A stretch of DNA of 24,129 nt from a virus (taxonomy: Duplodnaviria; Caudoviricetes), in IMG/VR virus record IMGVR_UViG_3300037310_000384, positions 1-24,129 of that record. The stretch is one strand, 5' to 3'. Both the position numbers and the translations under genes were made by a program. This document shows, piece after piece, positions 14,867 to 22,373 of the stretch (position 1 is the stretch's first letter; each line of letters starts with the position of its first letter). Below the pieces are notes generated by a model. It did not search any database and was not told where the DNA came from. It saw nothing but the letters and a program-made list of their open reading frames with translations.

Positions 14867-15431
14867 GTTTGGCAATCAAAAAATGGTGAAACGGCTTCGC
14901 GTGTCGCTTGAAAAAAGCATAGCCCTCGGGGTCAACGCTCAGGTAATCAAGTAGCTCGCCGATGATTTTCAGTCCCACTTCCGGCAAATTGGGTTGCGCG
15001 CCCTGCACTTTCAGCTTTTCCAATTCGAGTTGCGCGCGTTTGATTTCCAATTCTTGCGCCCGGAGTTTGCGCCGCTCTTCCTCTTGCTTGACCAAAATCA
15101 GCTTAAACGGGTCGAGTTTCGAGACTTCCCGCACACCGGCCAGAAGGCGGTCTTCGATGTTGTCAATGACGACGGCATATTTGTCGCGGTCTTTCTCGCC
15201 TAAATCTTCTTGGAGTTTGCGGGCCTGGTAACGCGCCAGCCGGTAGCGTTCGGCCAGTTCGTCGCCCGCCGCTTCGCGCCAGCGTTGGAGCGAAGTGCGG
15301 GCCAGCGTCTCGCCCCACTCGGCCTCGAACGCGGCGCAGATTTCGCGGTTCGTGTAACCATCCAGGATGGCGTCAATGACAAACTGGAACTGCGCGTCGG
15401 GCAATTCCTCGACGGCAAAGTTTCGCGCCAT
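14838..15431 (-). CDS. Terminase small subunit (Mu gp27 / DUF3486-like)
   Basis: FAVEELP...GYTNREI...LARTSLQRW HTH followed by a coiled coil, directly upstream of terL. Confidence 0.7.
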   Translation of the reverse strand: MARNFAVEELPDAQFQFVIDAILDGYTNREICAAFEAEWGETLARTSLQRWREAAGDELAERYRLARYQARKLQEDLGEKDRDKYAVVIDNIEDRLLAGVREVSKLDPFKLILVKQEEERRKLRAQELEIKRAQLELEKLKVQGAQPNLPEVGLKIIGELLDYLSVDPEGYAFFKRHAKPFHHFLIAKHAPAQAQTN

Positions 15432-15432
15432 A

Positions 15433-15807
15433 TTAATCCACCCGCGAGACGCCTTCGTGTTCGAGGCGTCCTTCCTGAAAATCCACCCCGTTTTTGGTGA
15501 GGCGCGCGGCCAGCGCGGTTTCGAGTTCGCCCTCCGATTCGGCGTAGCGTTGCAGGAGTTTGGCTTGCCCCACGTTGTCTAACTCCTGCTCGGCGTCGCG
15601 CGGAAAAACGCGCACCAGCCCGGACGTGCGGAGATAATCCGCCTGCGCCGCCAGCCCGCGCTTGGTAAACGGAAAGTTGGCCTGGTCGAGCAACTTTTGG
15701 AGTTCGTGCAGTTCGAGCGGCTGCGGATACGCCTCGCTGAGAAAGCGCAGTATCCAGCCCCGCGCCCGTTCAGTTTGCCGGCGTTGAATTTGCTTTAGGT
15801 CTGGCAT
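15433..15807 (-). CDS. Mu gp26-like winged-helix protein
   Basis: RGWILRFL...YLRTSGLV...ARLTKNGVDFQEG...GV, in the gp26 position before terS. Confidence 0.65.
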   Translation of the reverse strand: MPDLKQIQRRQTERARGWILRFLSEAYPQPLELHELQKLLDQANFPFTKRGLAAQADYLRTSGLVRVFPRDAEQELDNVGQAKLLQRYAESEGELETALAARLTKNGVDFQEGRLEHEGVSRVD

Positions 15808-16189
15808 AATTGGTCGGTGACATCTGTTCGAGGGCGGCGACCCGCTCGCTGAGTTCGCGCAGGGCGTCGCTCAATTTGTCGCTGCTGTCGGCCTGGACAC
15901 GCTGCATGATTCTTACGGTTTCAATAGCTTTGCGCTGCTCGACGGCGACGGACGCCACCACGTCGGCCAGTTTATGGAGCGCGGCTATTTCCTGAATCCG
16001 CACCTTGCCGCTATCGTTGGCCGCGTTCGCCAGCAGGCCGATGCTGCACGACAAGGCAGTGTCGGAATCAATCTTCTTGAGCCGCACTTTTTCCCACGTC
16101 GGCGCGAGCCGGATAGTCGTATAGAAAATCAGCCCGCACAGCATCAGCACCGGCCCGCCGACAATGAGTTGCGCCCAAGGCAAATCCAT
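15770..16189 (-). CDS. Membrane-anchored coiled-coil protein (Mu gp25 position)
   Basis: N-terminal hydrophobic helix and C-terminal heptads. AGGAG RBS. Confidence 0.55.
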   Translation of the reverse strand: MDLPWAQLIVGGPVLMLCGLIFYTTIRLAPTWEKVRLKKIDSDTALSCSIGLLANAANDSGKVRIQEIAALHKLADVVASVAVEQRKAIETVRIMQRVQADSSDKLSDALRELSERVAALEQMSPTNYARPKANSTPAN

Positions 16190-16193
16190 CCGT

Positions 16194-16487
16194 CTAGCTC
16201 CTGTCGGCCAGCATCGTCTTATAGACGAGCGTCGCCAGCGCGAAAATCTGCAACCCGGCTGCCGGAATCTGCGCCGGCGAAAAGCCGCCGGCCAGAATCT
16301 GCGACACCACGAAGGCCGTCAACGCGACGCCGAACGAAATCACAAACGCCGCCAGAGACGCACCCACGCCGGCCAGCCCGCTCGCGCCCTTGAACCACTG
16401 CGTCACGCCCACTGAGGCCAGCGCGCCGACGATGACAACGGCAAGCTGTTCCGGGCTGAAACTAAAAAATGAAATGAGTAAAATCAT
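16194..16487 (-). CDS. Putative holin
   Basis: 97 aa, almost entirely hydrophobic (about three TM helices), within the lysis cluster. Confidence 0.6.
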   Translation of the reverse strand: MILLISFFSFSPEQLAVVIVGALASVGVTQWFKGASGLAGVGASLAAFVISFGVALTAFVVSQILAGGFSPAQIPAAGLQIFALATLVYKTMLADRS

Positions 16488-16501
16488 AGCGTTCCCTTTC
16501 T

Positions 16502-16585
16502 GTGTCGGGAAAGGCGCGGCGTGTCACTTGGAGGGTAAGCAGGCCGCGCCCGTTGTGCGGGCATGTACCCCGCGTTTCCCGACAC
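16502..16585. other. Intergenic three-stem RNA structure upstream of the holin
   Basis: An 11-bp closing stem (16502-16512/16575-16585) encloses an 8-bp stem (16513-16520/16543-16550) and a 5-bp stem (16557-16561/16569-16573). Confidence 0.6.
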
Positions 16586-16588
16586 TCG

Positions 16589-16939
16589 TTAGCCGCCCAC
16601 GATTTCGGGCGGCGCAACTTCTTCTTCCGCCGGCGGCGCGTCGGGCGTGACGAAAATCGCGCTCACGTCGGCAGCGGCCTGGCGAACGGCGGCGATTTCT
16701 GCCCTCAAATCCGGCGCGCCCGGTGTGTTGGCAATGATTTCTTCCAACTCGGCGATTTTGGCTTCGAGCGCGGCCACGCGCGCTTGGCCCTCTGCTTTTT
16801 CCGCCGTGATGGAGTCTTTCAGCTCCTGGATGGACTGATTGAGTTCTGCAATTTGGTCTGCCATAGTTTTTATCGCTCCTGTTAGTTGGCAAATTAAGTA
16901 CGCGAGGACTAAGCCGATGGCCCCTATCAAATACTTCAT
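16589..16939 (-). CDS. Spanin-like membrane-anchored coiled-coil protein
   Basis: ATG 16939 overlaps the endolysin stop (ATGA). MKYLIGAIGLVLAYLIC followed by a long coiled coil and a Pro/Glu-rich tail. Confidence 0.55.
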   Translation of the reverse strand: MKYLIGAIGLVLAYLICQLTGAIKTMADQIAELNQSIQELKDSITAEKAEGQARVAALEAKIAELEEIIANTPGAPDLRAEIAAVRQAAADVSAIFVTPDAPPAEEEVAPPEIVGG

Positions 16940-17490
16940 AAAAGCCTCGCAATCTCGAAGTGCATCCCATCGGGCCGGGCAGCGAAGTGGCCGCCCCAAT
17001 AGAAGCCGTGCTGGTTGGCGAGCGGCACCAGTTCGCGCACCGAACCGGCGCGGCCCGCCAGCGGCGGCGTTTTGCCCAAGGGGTTCCACCCCGCATTGAT
17101 GTCAAAGGCCGAACCGAAAGCGTGATTGCTCAACACCGAGCGGCTGCCGCGAATAAAGCGTGGCACATAGGACCCGGCGTAGGTCTGGACAAGGCCCAGC
17201 AAACCGGCTTTTTCCCATGCCGCCCACAACGCGCGGAGTTGCTCGACGCACAGACGATGCCAACGAATCACGCCGTCACGGTGCAGCCCCTCGATGCCGC
17301 GCAACTGTGGAATCTCGACCTTGACGATGTTCTGGGCTTCCCAATCGCCCAAAATGCGAATCGCTTCCGGGTTGCCCGGCTGCGGGGCTGGCGCAAATCC
17401 AAATGCACCAAACACGGCCTGTCGCGCCGCGGTGTTCATCAACGGCGGGAAGGCCGGACGAGACGGGAAGTTCGAGTCATTTGGCGTCAT
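16936..17490 (-). CDS. Endolysin, peptidase M15 family
   Basis: ATG 17490 with GGAG. SYVPRFIRG, SNHAFGSAFDIN (SxHxxxxAxD), GFYWGGHF and DGMHFE. Confidence 0.9.
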   Translation of the reverse strand: MTPNDSNFPSRPAFPPLMNTAARQAVFGAFGFAPAPQPGNPEAIRILGDWEAQNIVKVEIPQLRGIEGLHRDGVIRWHRLCVEQLRALWAAWEKAGLLGLVQTYAGSYVPRFIRGSRSVLSNHAFGSAFDINAGWNPLGKTPPLAGRAGSVRELVPLANQHGFYWGGHFAARPDGMHFEIARLL

Positions 17491-17511
17491 ACGCGGCGCT
17501 CCGGGAAAAGC

Positions 17512-17595
17512 AAAAGCCCGCCGACCTGTTTTCCAGGTCAACGGGCTTCTCACGAGCCTCAAATCTGTATTCGGTTAGGGCCTCTCGCGGGCCTC
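17512..17595 (-). promoter_or_regulatory. Structured RNA leader, copy 2: two GAG boxes plus a terminator hairpin
   Basis: GAGGCCCGCGAGAGGCCC...GAGGCUCGUGAG-AAGCCCGUUGACCUG(GAAAA)CAGGUCGGCGGGCUU-UUGCUUUU. Boxes are identical to copy 1 and the inner stem covaries. Confidence 0.8.
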
Positions 17596-17610
17596 TCCAT
17601 GCCGCCGAGT

Positions 17611-17639
17611 AAATTACCGTATTATCGGCTTGATGGCAA
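17611..17639 (-). promoter_or_regulatory. Sigma70-like promoter upstream of the lysis operon leader
   Basis: TTGCCA (17639-17634), 17 nt, TAATTT (17616-17611). Confidence 0.45.
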
Positions 17640-17648
17640 GCGGTTTAA

Positions 17649-17951
17649 TCAGCATCCGTCTCTCCCTGCCGCGCGCGAAAAGGGCGGCTCGTGTTTGTCC
17701 AAAATCTTCAGTAATGCTGCCGCCATGACGACTTTCTGGCGGCGATAGGGTAATTGCAGGTAGCCGGCCTCGAAGCGGCGACGCAGGTCGTCGGGCAGCC
17801 GCCCGCGCACATAGTCGTCCACCAGATTTTCCTCCAGCGCGGCGCAACGGTCATCCAGTTCGTCGTCCGCGAAGCAGCGCACGGCCAAGTCGCGCCGCTG
17901 CCGGGCCGGGGCTTCGTCCAACAGGCAAGCGATGATGTGTTCGTCGGTCAT
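17649..17951 (-). CDS. Stand-alone anti-sigma-factor-like helical domain
   Basis: 100 aa from ATG 17951. IIACLLDE...FADDEL...EENLVDDYVRGRL....RRRFEAGYL..PYRRQKV.MA.AL resembles the N-terminal domain of ECF anti-sigma proteins. Confidence 0.6.
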   Translation of the reverse strand: MTDEHIIACLLDEAPARQRRDLAVRCFADDELDDRCAALEENLVDDYVRGRLPDDLRRRFEAGYLQLPYRRQKVVMAAALLKILDKHEPPFSRAAGRDGC

Positions 17952-17976
17952 AAAATTGTTAATTGGAGATTTCCAT

Positions 17977-18153
17977 CTACCACAACAGGACGCCGCCAAC
18001 TGCCGCCGCCAACAGCACCACGGCGAACGCCAGCCGCCAGAACCGGACGCGCCGCTCGGCGGCCTGAATTTCTCCGTGCAGCCGCCACACGGACTCGAAA
18101 TCCGTGCAGTCGTGATAAATCACGTCCGGCCAATCTTCATCAGCGCGAATCAT
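17977..18153 (-). CDS. Small membrane protein (58 aa, below the ORF-track cut-off)
   Basis: ATGA overlap with the upstream stop. MIRADEDWPDVIYHDCTDFESVWRLHGEIQAAERRVRFWRLAFAVVLLAAAVGGVLLW, with a C-terminal TM helix. Confidence 0.6.
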   Translation of the reverse strand: MIRADEDWPDVIYHDCTDFESVWRLHGEIQAAERRVRFWRLAFAVVLLAAAVGGVLLW

Positions 18154-18788
18154 AGAGCTGCCTCCTGTGAAAAAATCTCCGGCTGCGTGGGCGGCGGCGC
18201 AGACTGTTTGGCGCGTTGGTCAATGCCGAGGCGCTGTTTGACTTCCGGGACGTGGGCTACCATCTGCGCGCGTGTAATTTTGCTGTAGCCCGCCGTTTTG
18301 AGGTCGCGCGAGGCAATGATGTTCAGCAAAATGGCTATCAACGAATGGGCTTGGCGCGGTTTGAGCAGCGCCGCCGTGCCGTGTTTGTAGCGCGCTTCGA
18401 GGAATTTGCGCTGGCCTGCGGGTGACCAGCCCAAGTCGTGGAACAGAACCTGAATCGTATAGACCTGCGCGTCGCTGGCGAGGTGGATGATTTTCGCATT
18501 CGCCTCGCGCGCCTCGGCCACCGGCGAGCGGTAAAGCTGCTCTGCGTTGGGCAGCATCGGATAGCGTTGCGCCTTGCGTAGCTCGTCCAGGGCCAGGCCG
18601 ATTTGCCGGTCACTCAAATCCCGCGTGGATTCCAGCGGGCGTTTCAGGCGCAACTTATAGGTCAGCCAATCGAGCCGCGCGTCGCGCGATTCGCCTTGGT
18701 CGCCCCGGTAAAATTTCTTCCACTCAATCTGCAAGGCCGCCATCAGGCTGCGGCGGCCCGTCGTCGTCTTCGTCGCTGTCGTTGCCAT
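18150..18788 (-). CDS. GemA-like (DUF1018-type) protein
   Basis: ESTRDLSDRQIGLALDEL and ASDAQVYTIQVLFHDLGW...LKPRQAHSLIAIL echo the two GemA blocks. Position is at the end of the early region. Confidence 0.55.
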   Translation of the reverse strand: MATTATKTTTGRRSLMAALQIEWKKFYRGDQGESRDARLDWLTYKLRLKRPLESTRDLSDRQIGLALDELRKAQRYPMLPNAEQLYRSPVAEAREANAKIIHLASDAQVYTIQVLFHDLGWSPAGQRKFLEARYKHGTAALLKPRQAHSLIAILLNIIASRDLKTAGYSKITRAQMVAHVPEVKQRLGIDQRAKQSAPPPTQPEIFSQEAAL

Positions 18789-19218
18789 TTCGTGTTTGCT
18801 CCAATAAATCCACGAAAGAAAGTTGCCCGGCCAGCGCCGGGTAGTTGTGGCGGACTATCTGCGCGAGCGTGGAAAGTTCGTCCAAGGCCACGCCGCGCCA
18901 GTACTTAATGAAGTGGCGCATCTCGTCCACGTCGGCGCACCACCAATAACCGGCGGGCCGGCGGCGCGAGGATAGAATCGGCAGTTTGTGGTGGCGGCGT
19001 AGCGCGCGGATGACCGCCTTGACGCGCCGCTCGTCCAATTTGCGGCCCAGGTCGAGCTCGGCGCGGGTGCGTATCTCGCGCAGCGCGACGGGTTGTTGCG
19101 CCGTCCCGCCGAGCAGCAGATGAGCGACGAACTCCTCCACGTCGCTCAACTCGCGCCCCCCCAACGGGTCGAATACCGCCCGCTCGTACATCTCAAATTT
19201 GAATGCTTCCTGCCTCAT
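18724..19218 (-). CDS. Winged-helix DNA-binding protein
   Basis: VALREIR...LDERRVKAVIRALRRHHKLPILSSRRRPAGYWW (HTH followed by the wing GY motif). Confidence 0.65.
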   Translation of the reverse strand: MRQEAFKFEMYERAVFDPLGGRELSDVEEFVAHLLLGGTAQQPVALREIRTRAELDLGRKLDERRVKAVIRALRRHHKLPILSSRRRPAGYWWCADVDEMRHFIKYWRGVALDELSTLAQIVRHNYPALAGQLSFVDLLEQTRNGNDSDEDDDGPPQPDGGLAD

Positions 19219-19221
19219 CTG

Positions 19222-19328
19222 CCGATTGCGGAATGCGGAATGCGGAATGCGGGTTGAACGAAACGCGCCTACTGCTTCCTGCTTCCCGCTTCCCGCCTCC
19301 TGCTTCCCGCTTCCCGCCTCCTGCTTCC
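19222..19328. repeat. Composite heptamer element, copy B: (CGGAATG)n - TTGAACGAAACG - (CTTCCYG)n
   Basis: Same architecture and core as 2667-2762. Confidence 0.85.
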
Positions 19329-19411
19329 CTCATCCCTCGCACTGGCTTGCCTCGTCAGGCGCGCGGTCGCCCACCGCTGCGCGACGCGGGGTGTGCGCCC
19401 CGCGTTTCGGC

Positions 19412-19552
19412 CTAGTTGTCGCCTCTGAGAGCATCAATCGCAGCGTCAGCGTCGTCTGACGAGGCCCCGCGTTCGCCGCAGAAGCGAACGAAAGCCTCGT
19501 AGTGTTCTTCGAGGAAATCAGCGATGTCCATATCAGAGATAGTGTCTTGCAT
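19412..19552 (-). CDS. Acidic micro-protein (46 aa, not in the ORF track)
   Basis: TGATG coupling, with GGAGG in the upstream gene end. MQDTISDMDIADFLEEHYEAFVRFCGERGASSDDADAAIDALRGDN. Confidence 0.6.
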   Translation of the reverse strand: MQDTISDMDIADFLEEHYEAFVRFCGERGASSDDADAAIDALRGDN

Positions 19553-20223
19553 CAGGCGGCCACCTCCAGTTCCTGGAATTCGTCCGGCGCTTCGGCGATG
19601 TGGGGCGCGTTGGTGAGCATGTATTGGATAAAGGAGGCGCGTTCGTCGGCGTCGAGGGCCGCCGCCGTCCGCACGCCGTAGAGCCGTTCGAGCGTGGCGC
19701 GGTAGTGCGTGAAGTCAGCGCCGAAGGCGCTGTCGGTGATGTAGCCGCATTCGCGGGCGACGATTTTGATGCGCCCCAAATCCCTGCGCCGCTGTTCAGC
19801 CTCGCTCGTTACCGAGCGTTGCTCCGACGCGGCAGCCAGCGCCACGACGTTGCCGGCCTTGAGGGGATTGAAACCGGCAGCCGTCAGCGCCGCGCTGAGG
19901 GCGCGCCCGGCAGCCAGAAAATGTTCGTCCATGCCCGGCTTCTCGCCGATGGTGGCGATGCCGGTGCGCGCGAAGTCCCGCCCCTGCGCGTCAATCACCA
20001 CCGCGCGATGCACCACCTGATTCAAGGGCGCGATGTAGTTGACGTAATCCTCGCTGACCGAACGCAGTTCGGGAGATTTGCGCGCCAGCGTGGTCAGCGC
20101 GTTGGGCGAGAGCCACGCCTCGTCCGGCTTATCCGGGTTGAGAAAATAGATGTCTTCTTCGCCTATCCCCAGCTTGTCAGCCAGTTCGAGCGCCCGTTTG
20201 TGTTGTGTTGCTGTGATTTCCAT
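19552..20223 (-). CDS. Hypothetical early protein
   Basis: 223-aa ORF with an AAGGA RBS and protein-like composition. No family recognised with confidence. Confidence 0.7.
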   Translation of the reverse strand: MEITATQHKRALELADKLGIGEEDIYFLNPDKPDEAWLSPNALTTLARKSPELRSVSEDYVNYIAPLNQVVHRAVVIDAQGRDFARTGIATIGEKPGMDEHFLAAGRALSAALTAAGFNPLKAGNVVALAAASEQRSVTSEAEQRRRDLGRIKIVARECGYITDSAFGADFTHYRATLERLYGVRTAAALDADERASFIQYMLTNAPHIAEAPDEFQELEVAA

Positions 20224-20252
20224 GAGTTCGTTGTCCTTTCCTAAGTTGTTGC

Positions 20253-20320
20253 GGTTAGGGGTTAGGTGTTGGGCGAAGCCGTCTCCCCTACTCCCTATCT
20301 CCCCTTCTCCCCTACTGTCT
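20253..20320. repeat. Heptamer (GTTAGGG) and octamer (CTCCCCTA-like) degenerate arrays
   Basis: gttaggggttaggtgttggg...gtctcccctactccctatctccccttctcccctact fills the spacer downstream of MuB. Confidence 0.65.
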
Positions 20321-21340
20321 TCATCCCACCATAAGCCGCCGTCCGGCGGTCTCTATGATTTCTTCCAGTTGAATTGAGCCTTCGTTGAGGCCCTGTTGAT
20401 TGCGAGTTGCCAGTTCTCTGGCGCGCGGCAGGAGCATGTCAACGTGGCGGAAATTGCCGCCCGTCACGCTGAGGATTTTGGCTACCGCCGCGTCCGTCGC
20501 TTGGTCGCCGAGCGCGCGCCGGACGATTGCCTTGAGTTCGCCGGCGGAGAGTTCCACCAGCGGATAGTGCATCGCCACGCGGCTGGAGAGTTGCGCCCGC
20601 ACGTCTTCCGTCAGGCGCGAGGTGGTGAATAGCTCGTAGAGGTCTTTAGTGCCGACCAGGACGATGGGAACCCGCGCCACTTCCCAGAGGTAGCAAACCG
20701 TGCCGAGACTTTTCTCGGTCAGGTAATTGGCCTGGTCAACGAAGATGGGGCGCGGGTTGCGCTTGAGCCGCTCGGCGATGTTGTCTTCGAGGCGGGCCGT
20801 CGGCACTCTGTCGTCCAGGCGCAAATCCTGCGCCAGTTTCTGCACAAAGTAGCGCGGCGTGATATTGGCCGAACAGAGAATCTGAATCGGCGGGGTTTTC
20901 AATTCCGCCAGCGAGTATTGCTGGAGCGCGCGGCTTTTGCCGACGCCGGGACGGGCGTAAACCACTACAATCGCGTTCTCAGTAATGGCAGTGTGGCAAG
21001 CGTGGCGGAATTGCTGCCAGGCCCCGGTTTCCACAAAAGTCTGGCTGTAATCGTGCCGCGTGGTGCCTTCGACTCTTTCCCGGTAGGCGCGGATTTTTGC
21101 CTCTAACTTCGACGCGCCGCCCGGCTGCACGCCCATCCCTCCCTGCTCTTTGGGTATGAAATAGATTCTCTGTAAATAGGCGTCGAGCGTGGTTTTACTG
21201 GCGTTGATATGCTCTATGCGCTCCAGCACGCCAGTAGGTAGGTGCGGATGCTCTTTAATGAAGTTCTCCAGCCAAAGACGGAGTTCCTCATCCCACAAAG
21301 GCTGCCCGCCCACTATTTCGAGTTTAGGTTTAGTTGACAT
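20321..21340 (-). CDS. MuB-like AAA+ transposition protein
   Basis: Walker A ARPGVGKS, Walker B region IFVDQANYL, PIVLVGT, QLSSRV (Arg finger) and GNFR. It lies downstream of the transposase. Confidence 0.9.
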   Translation of the reverse strand: MSTKPKLEIVGGQPLWDEELRLWLENFIKEHPHLPTGVLERIEHINASKTTLDAYLQRIYFIPKEQGGMGVQPGGASKLEAKIRAYRERVEGTTRHDYSQTFVETGAWQQFRHACHTAITENAIVVVYARPGVGKSRALQQYSLAELKTPPIQILCSANITPRYFVQKLAQDLRLDDRVPTARLEDNIAERLKRNPRPIFVDQANYLTEKSLGTVCYLWEVARVPIVLVGTKDLYELFTTSRLTEDVRAQLSSRVAMHYPLVELSAGELKAIVRRALGDQATDAAVAKILSVTGGNFRHVDMLLPRARELATRNQQGLNEGSIQLEEIIETAGRRLMVG

Positions 21341-21435
21341 TGCAATTTGCTCCGTGTTTTTGCACTAGACAGGAAAGGGTGAACCGCGATAGCCTTATTT
21401 TGTTGTTACGGGGTTCGCCCCTTTCCTGAGTTAAG

Positions 21436-21963
21436 TTAATGAGAGGCTTTGATGTTAGTAGCATCGAAGCCTTTCGGCTTTTTGTTCCGGTTGCGTTCCA
21501 TAATGCCCGGGTCGAGTTCGTGCAACAGGTCATAGATAAATACCATCGCCTCAGACGCTGACATCGTTTCCGCGTCGCCCAAGTAAGCCGCAGTTTTGGT
21601 TATCGCCTGCGCTACCTTTTCAGGGAAAGCGACTAAGTTTGTTGCATATTCTTCTTTGCTGATAAAAATCACCTCCTTTCTCTTTTGTCTGACTTTCTGC
21701 GCGTTTTCAAAGATTTGCCGGCGCGTGGCTTCGCGCACTTCAGAAGAGACCACGCCTATTGGTTGAGCTTGCAACACCAACCAGGCTTGCGCTCGGATAG
21801 CTTTGTAGCAAGAATTACAGAAGGCGTGCGGCTGCCGTTGGCCTTTGTAAGCGCGAAAAGCGTGCGGCTGCCTTGTATGCCCGCACATAGGGCAGACTCG
21901 CGCCCACCGCCGAATTTTAGTTGCGGTTCGTTGCTCTTTTATGACACTGGTCAATCGCGGCAT
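21436..21963 (-). CDS. Zn-ribbon-containing hypothetical protein
   Basis: CPMC-x19-CNSC, basic composition, abutting the upstream stop. The DNA is visibly more AT-rich. Confidence 0.65.
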   Translation of the reverse strand: MPRLTSVIKEQRTATKIRRWARVCPMCGHTRQPHAFRAYKGQRQPHAFCNSCYKAIRAQAWLVLQAQPIGVVSSEVREATRRQIFENAQKVRQKRKEVIFISKEEYATNLVAFPEKVAQAITKTAAYLGDAETMSASEAMVFIYDLLHELDPGIMERNRNKKPKGFDATNIKASH

Positions 21964-22371
21964 CTATGCGGCTTCCTCTGCCAACTCCCCTGCGGGTGTA
22001 GCGTAAAAGTCTCCGTTGACGGCGGGCGTCACACGCGGCACCCGACAAGGCAAATTGTTCGGTAAAATGACCCACAGCGCATCCACTTTATCGTTATAGA
22101 AAACCTCTACATGGTGGCCGAAAAACGGCGTCAGTTGCGGCGAATCGTAGTACCAATCATCCTGATAAAAAGTGAAGCCATGCACTCCGACCTCGCGCAT
22201 CTGAGAACGCATCGTGAATTGGGCTTGTAAGCCCTGAAAAGCAATTTCCTGCACGATGCTCTCCGCCGTCTGAATCGGCGCGTCATCACCGAGCGCGGCG
22301 ATATGCTCTTCAAACGGCGTGAAATAGGCAGTCAAAAAACTCTCCAAAATCTTGGCGCGGGTTGCGTCCAT
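21964..22371 (-). CDS. Stand-alone Mu-transposase C-terminal-like domain protein
   Basis: ATG 22371 with GGAGG. It aligns by eye with the C-terminal barrel of the adjacent transposase. Confidence 0.65.
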   Translation of the reverse strand: MDATRAKILESFLTAYFTPFEEHIAALGDDAPIQTAESIVQEIAFQGLQAQFTMRSQMREVGVHGFTFYQDDWYYDSPQLTPFFGHHVEVFYNDKVDALWVILPNNLPCRVPRVTPAVNGDFYATPAGELAEEAA

Positions 22372-22373
22372 CG

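Noticed and set aside
13559-14911. 450-aa plus-strand ORF
   Set aside because: Antisense shadow of terL, common in GC-rich DNA.
16502-16585. Hammerhead ribozyme or tRNA
   Set aside because: It has three stems and GAAA but no CUGAnGA core on either strand, and no tRNA T-loop or cloverleaf.
17948-18133. 61-aa minus ORF from the track
   Set aside because: The overlapping 58-aa frame 17977-18153 has ATGA coupling and a clean TM helix and is preferred.
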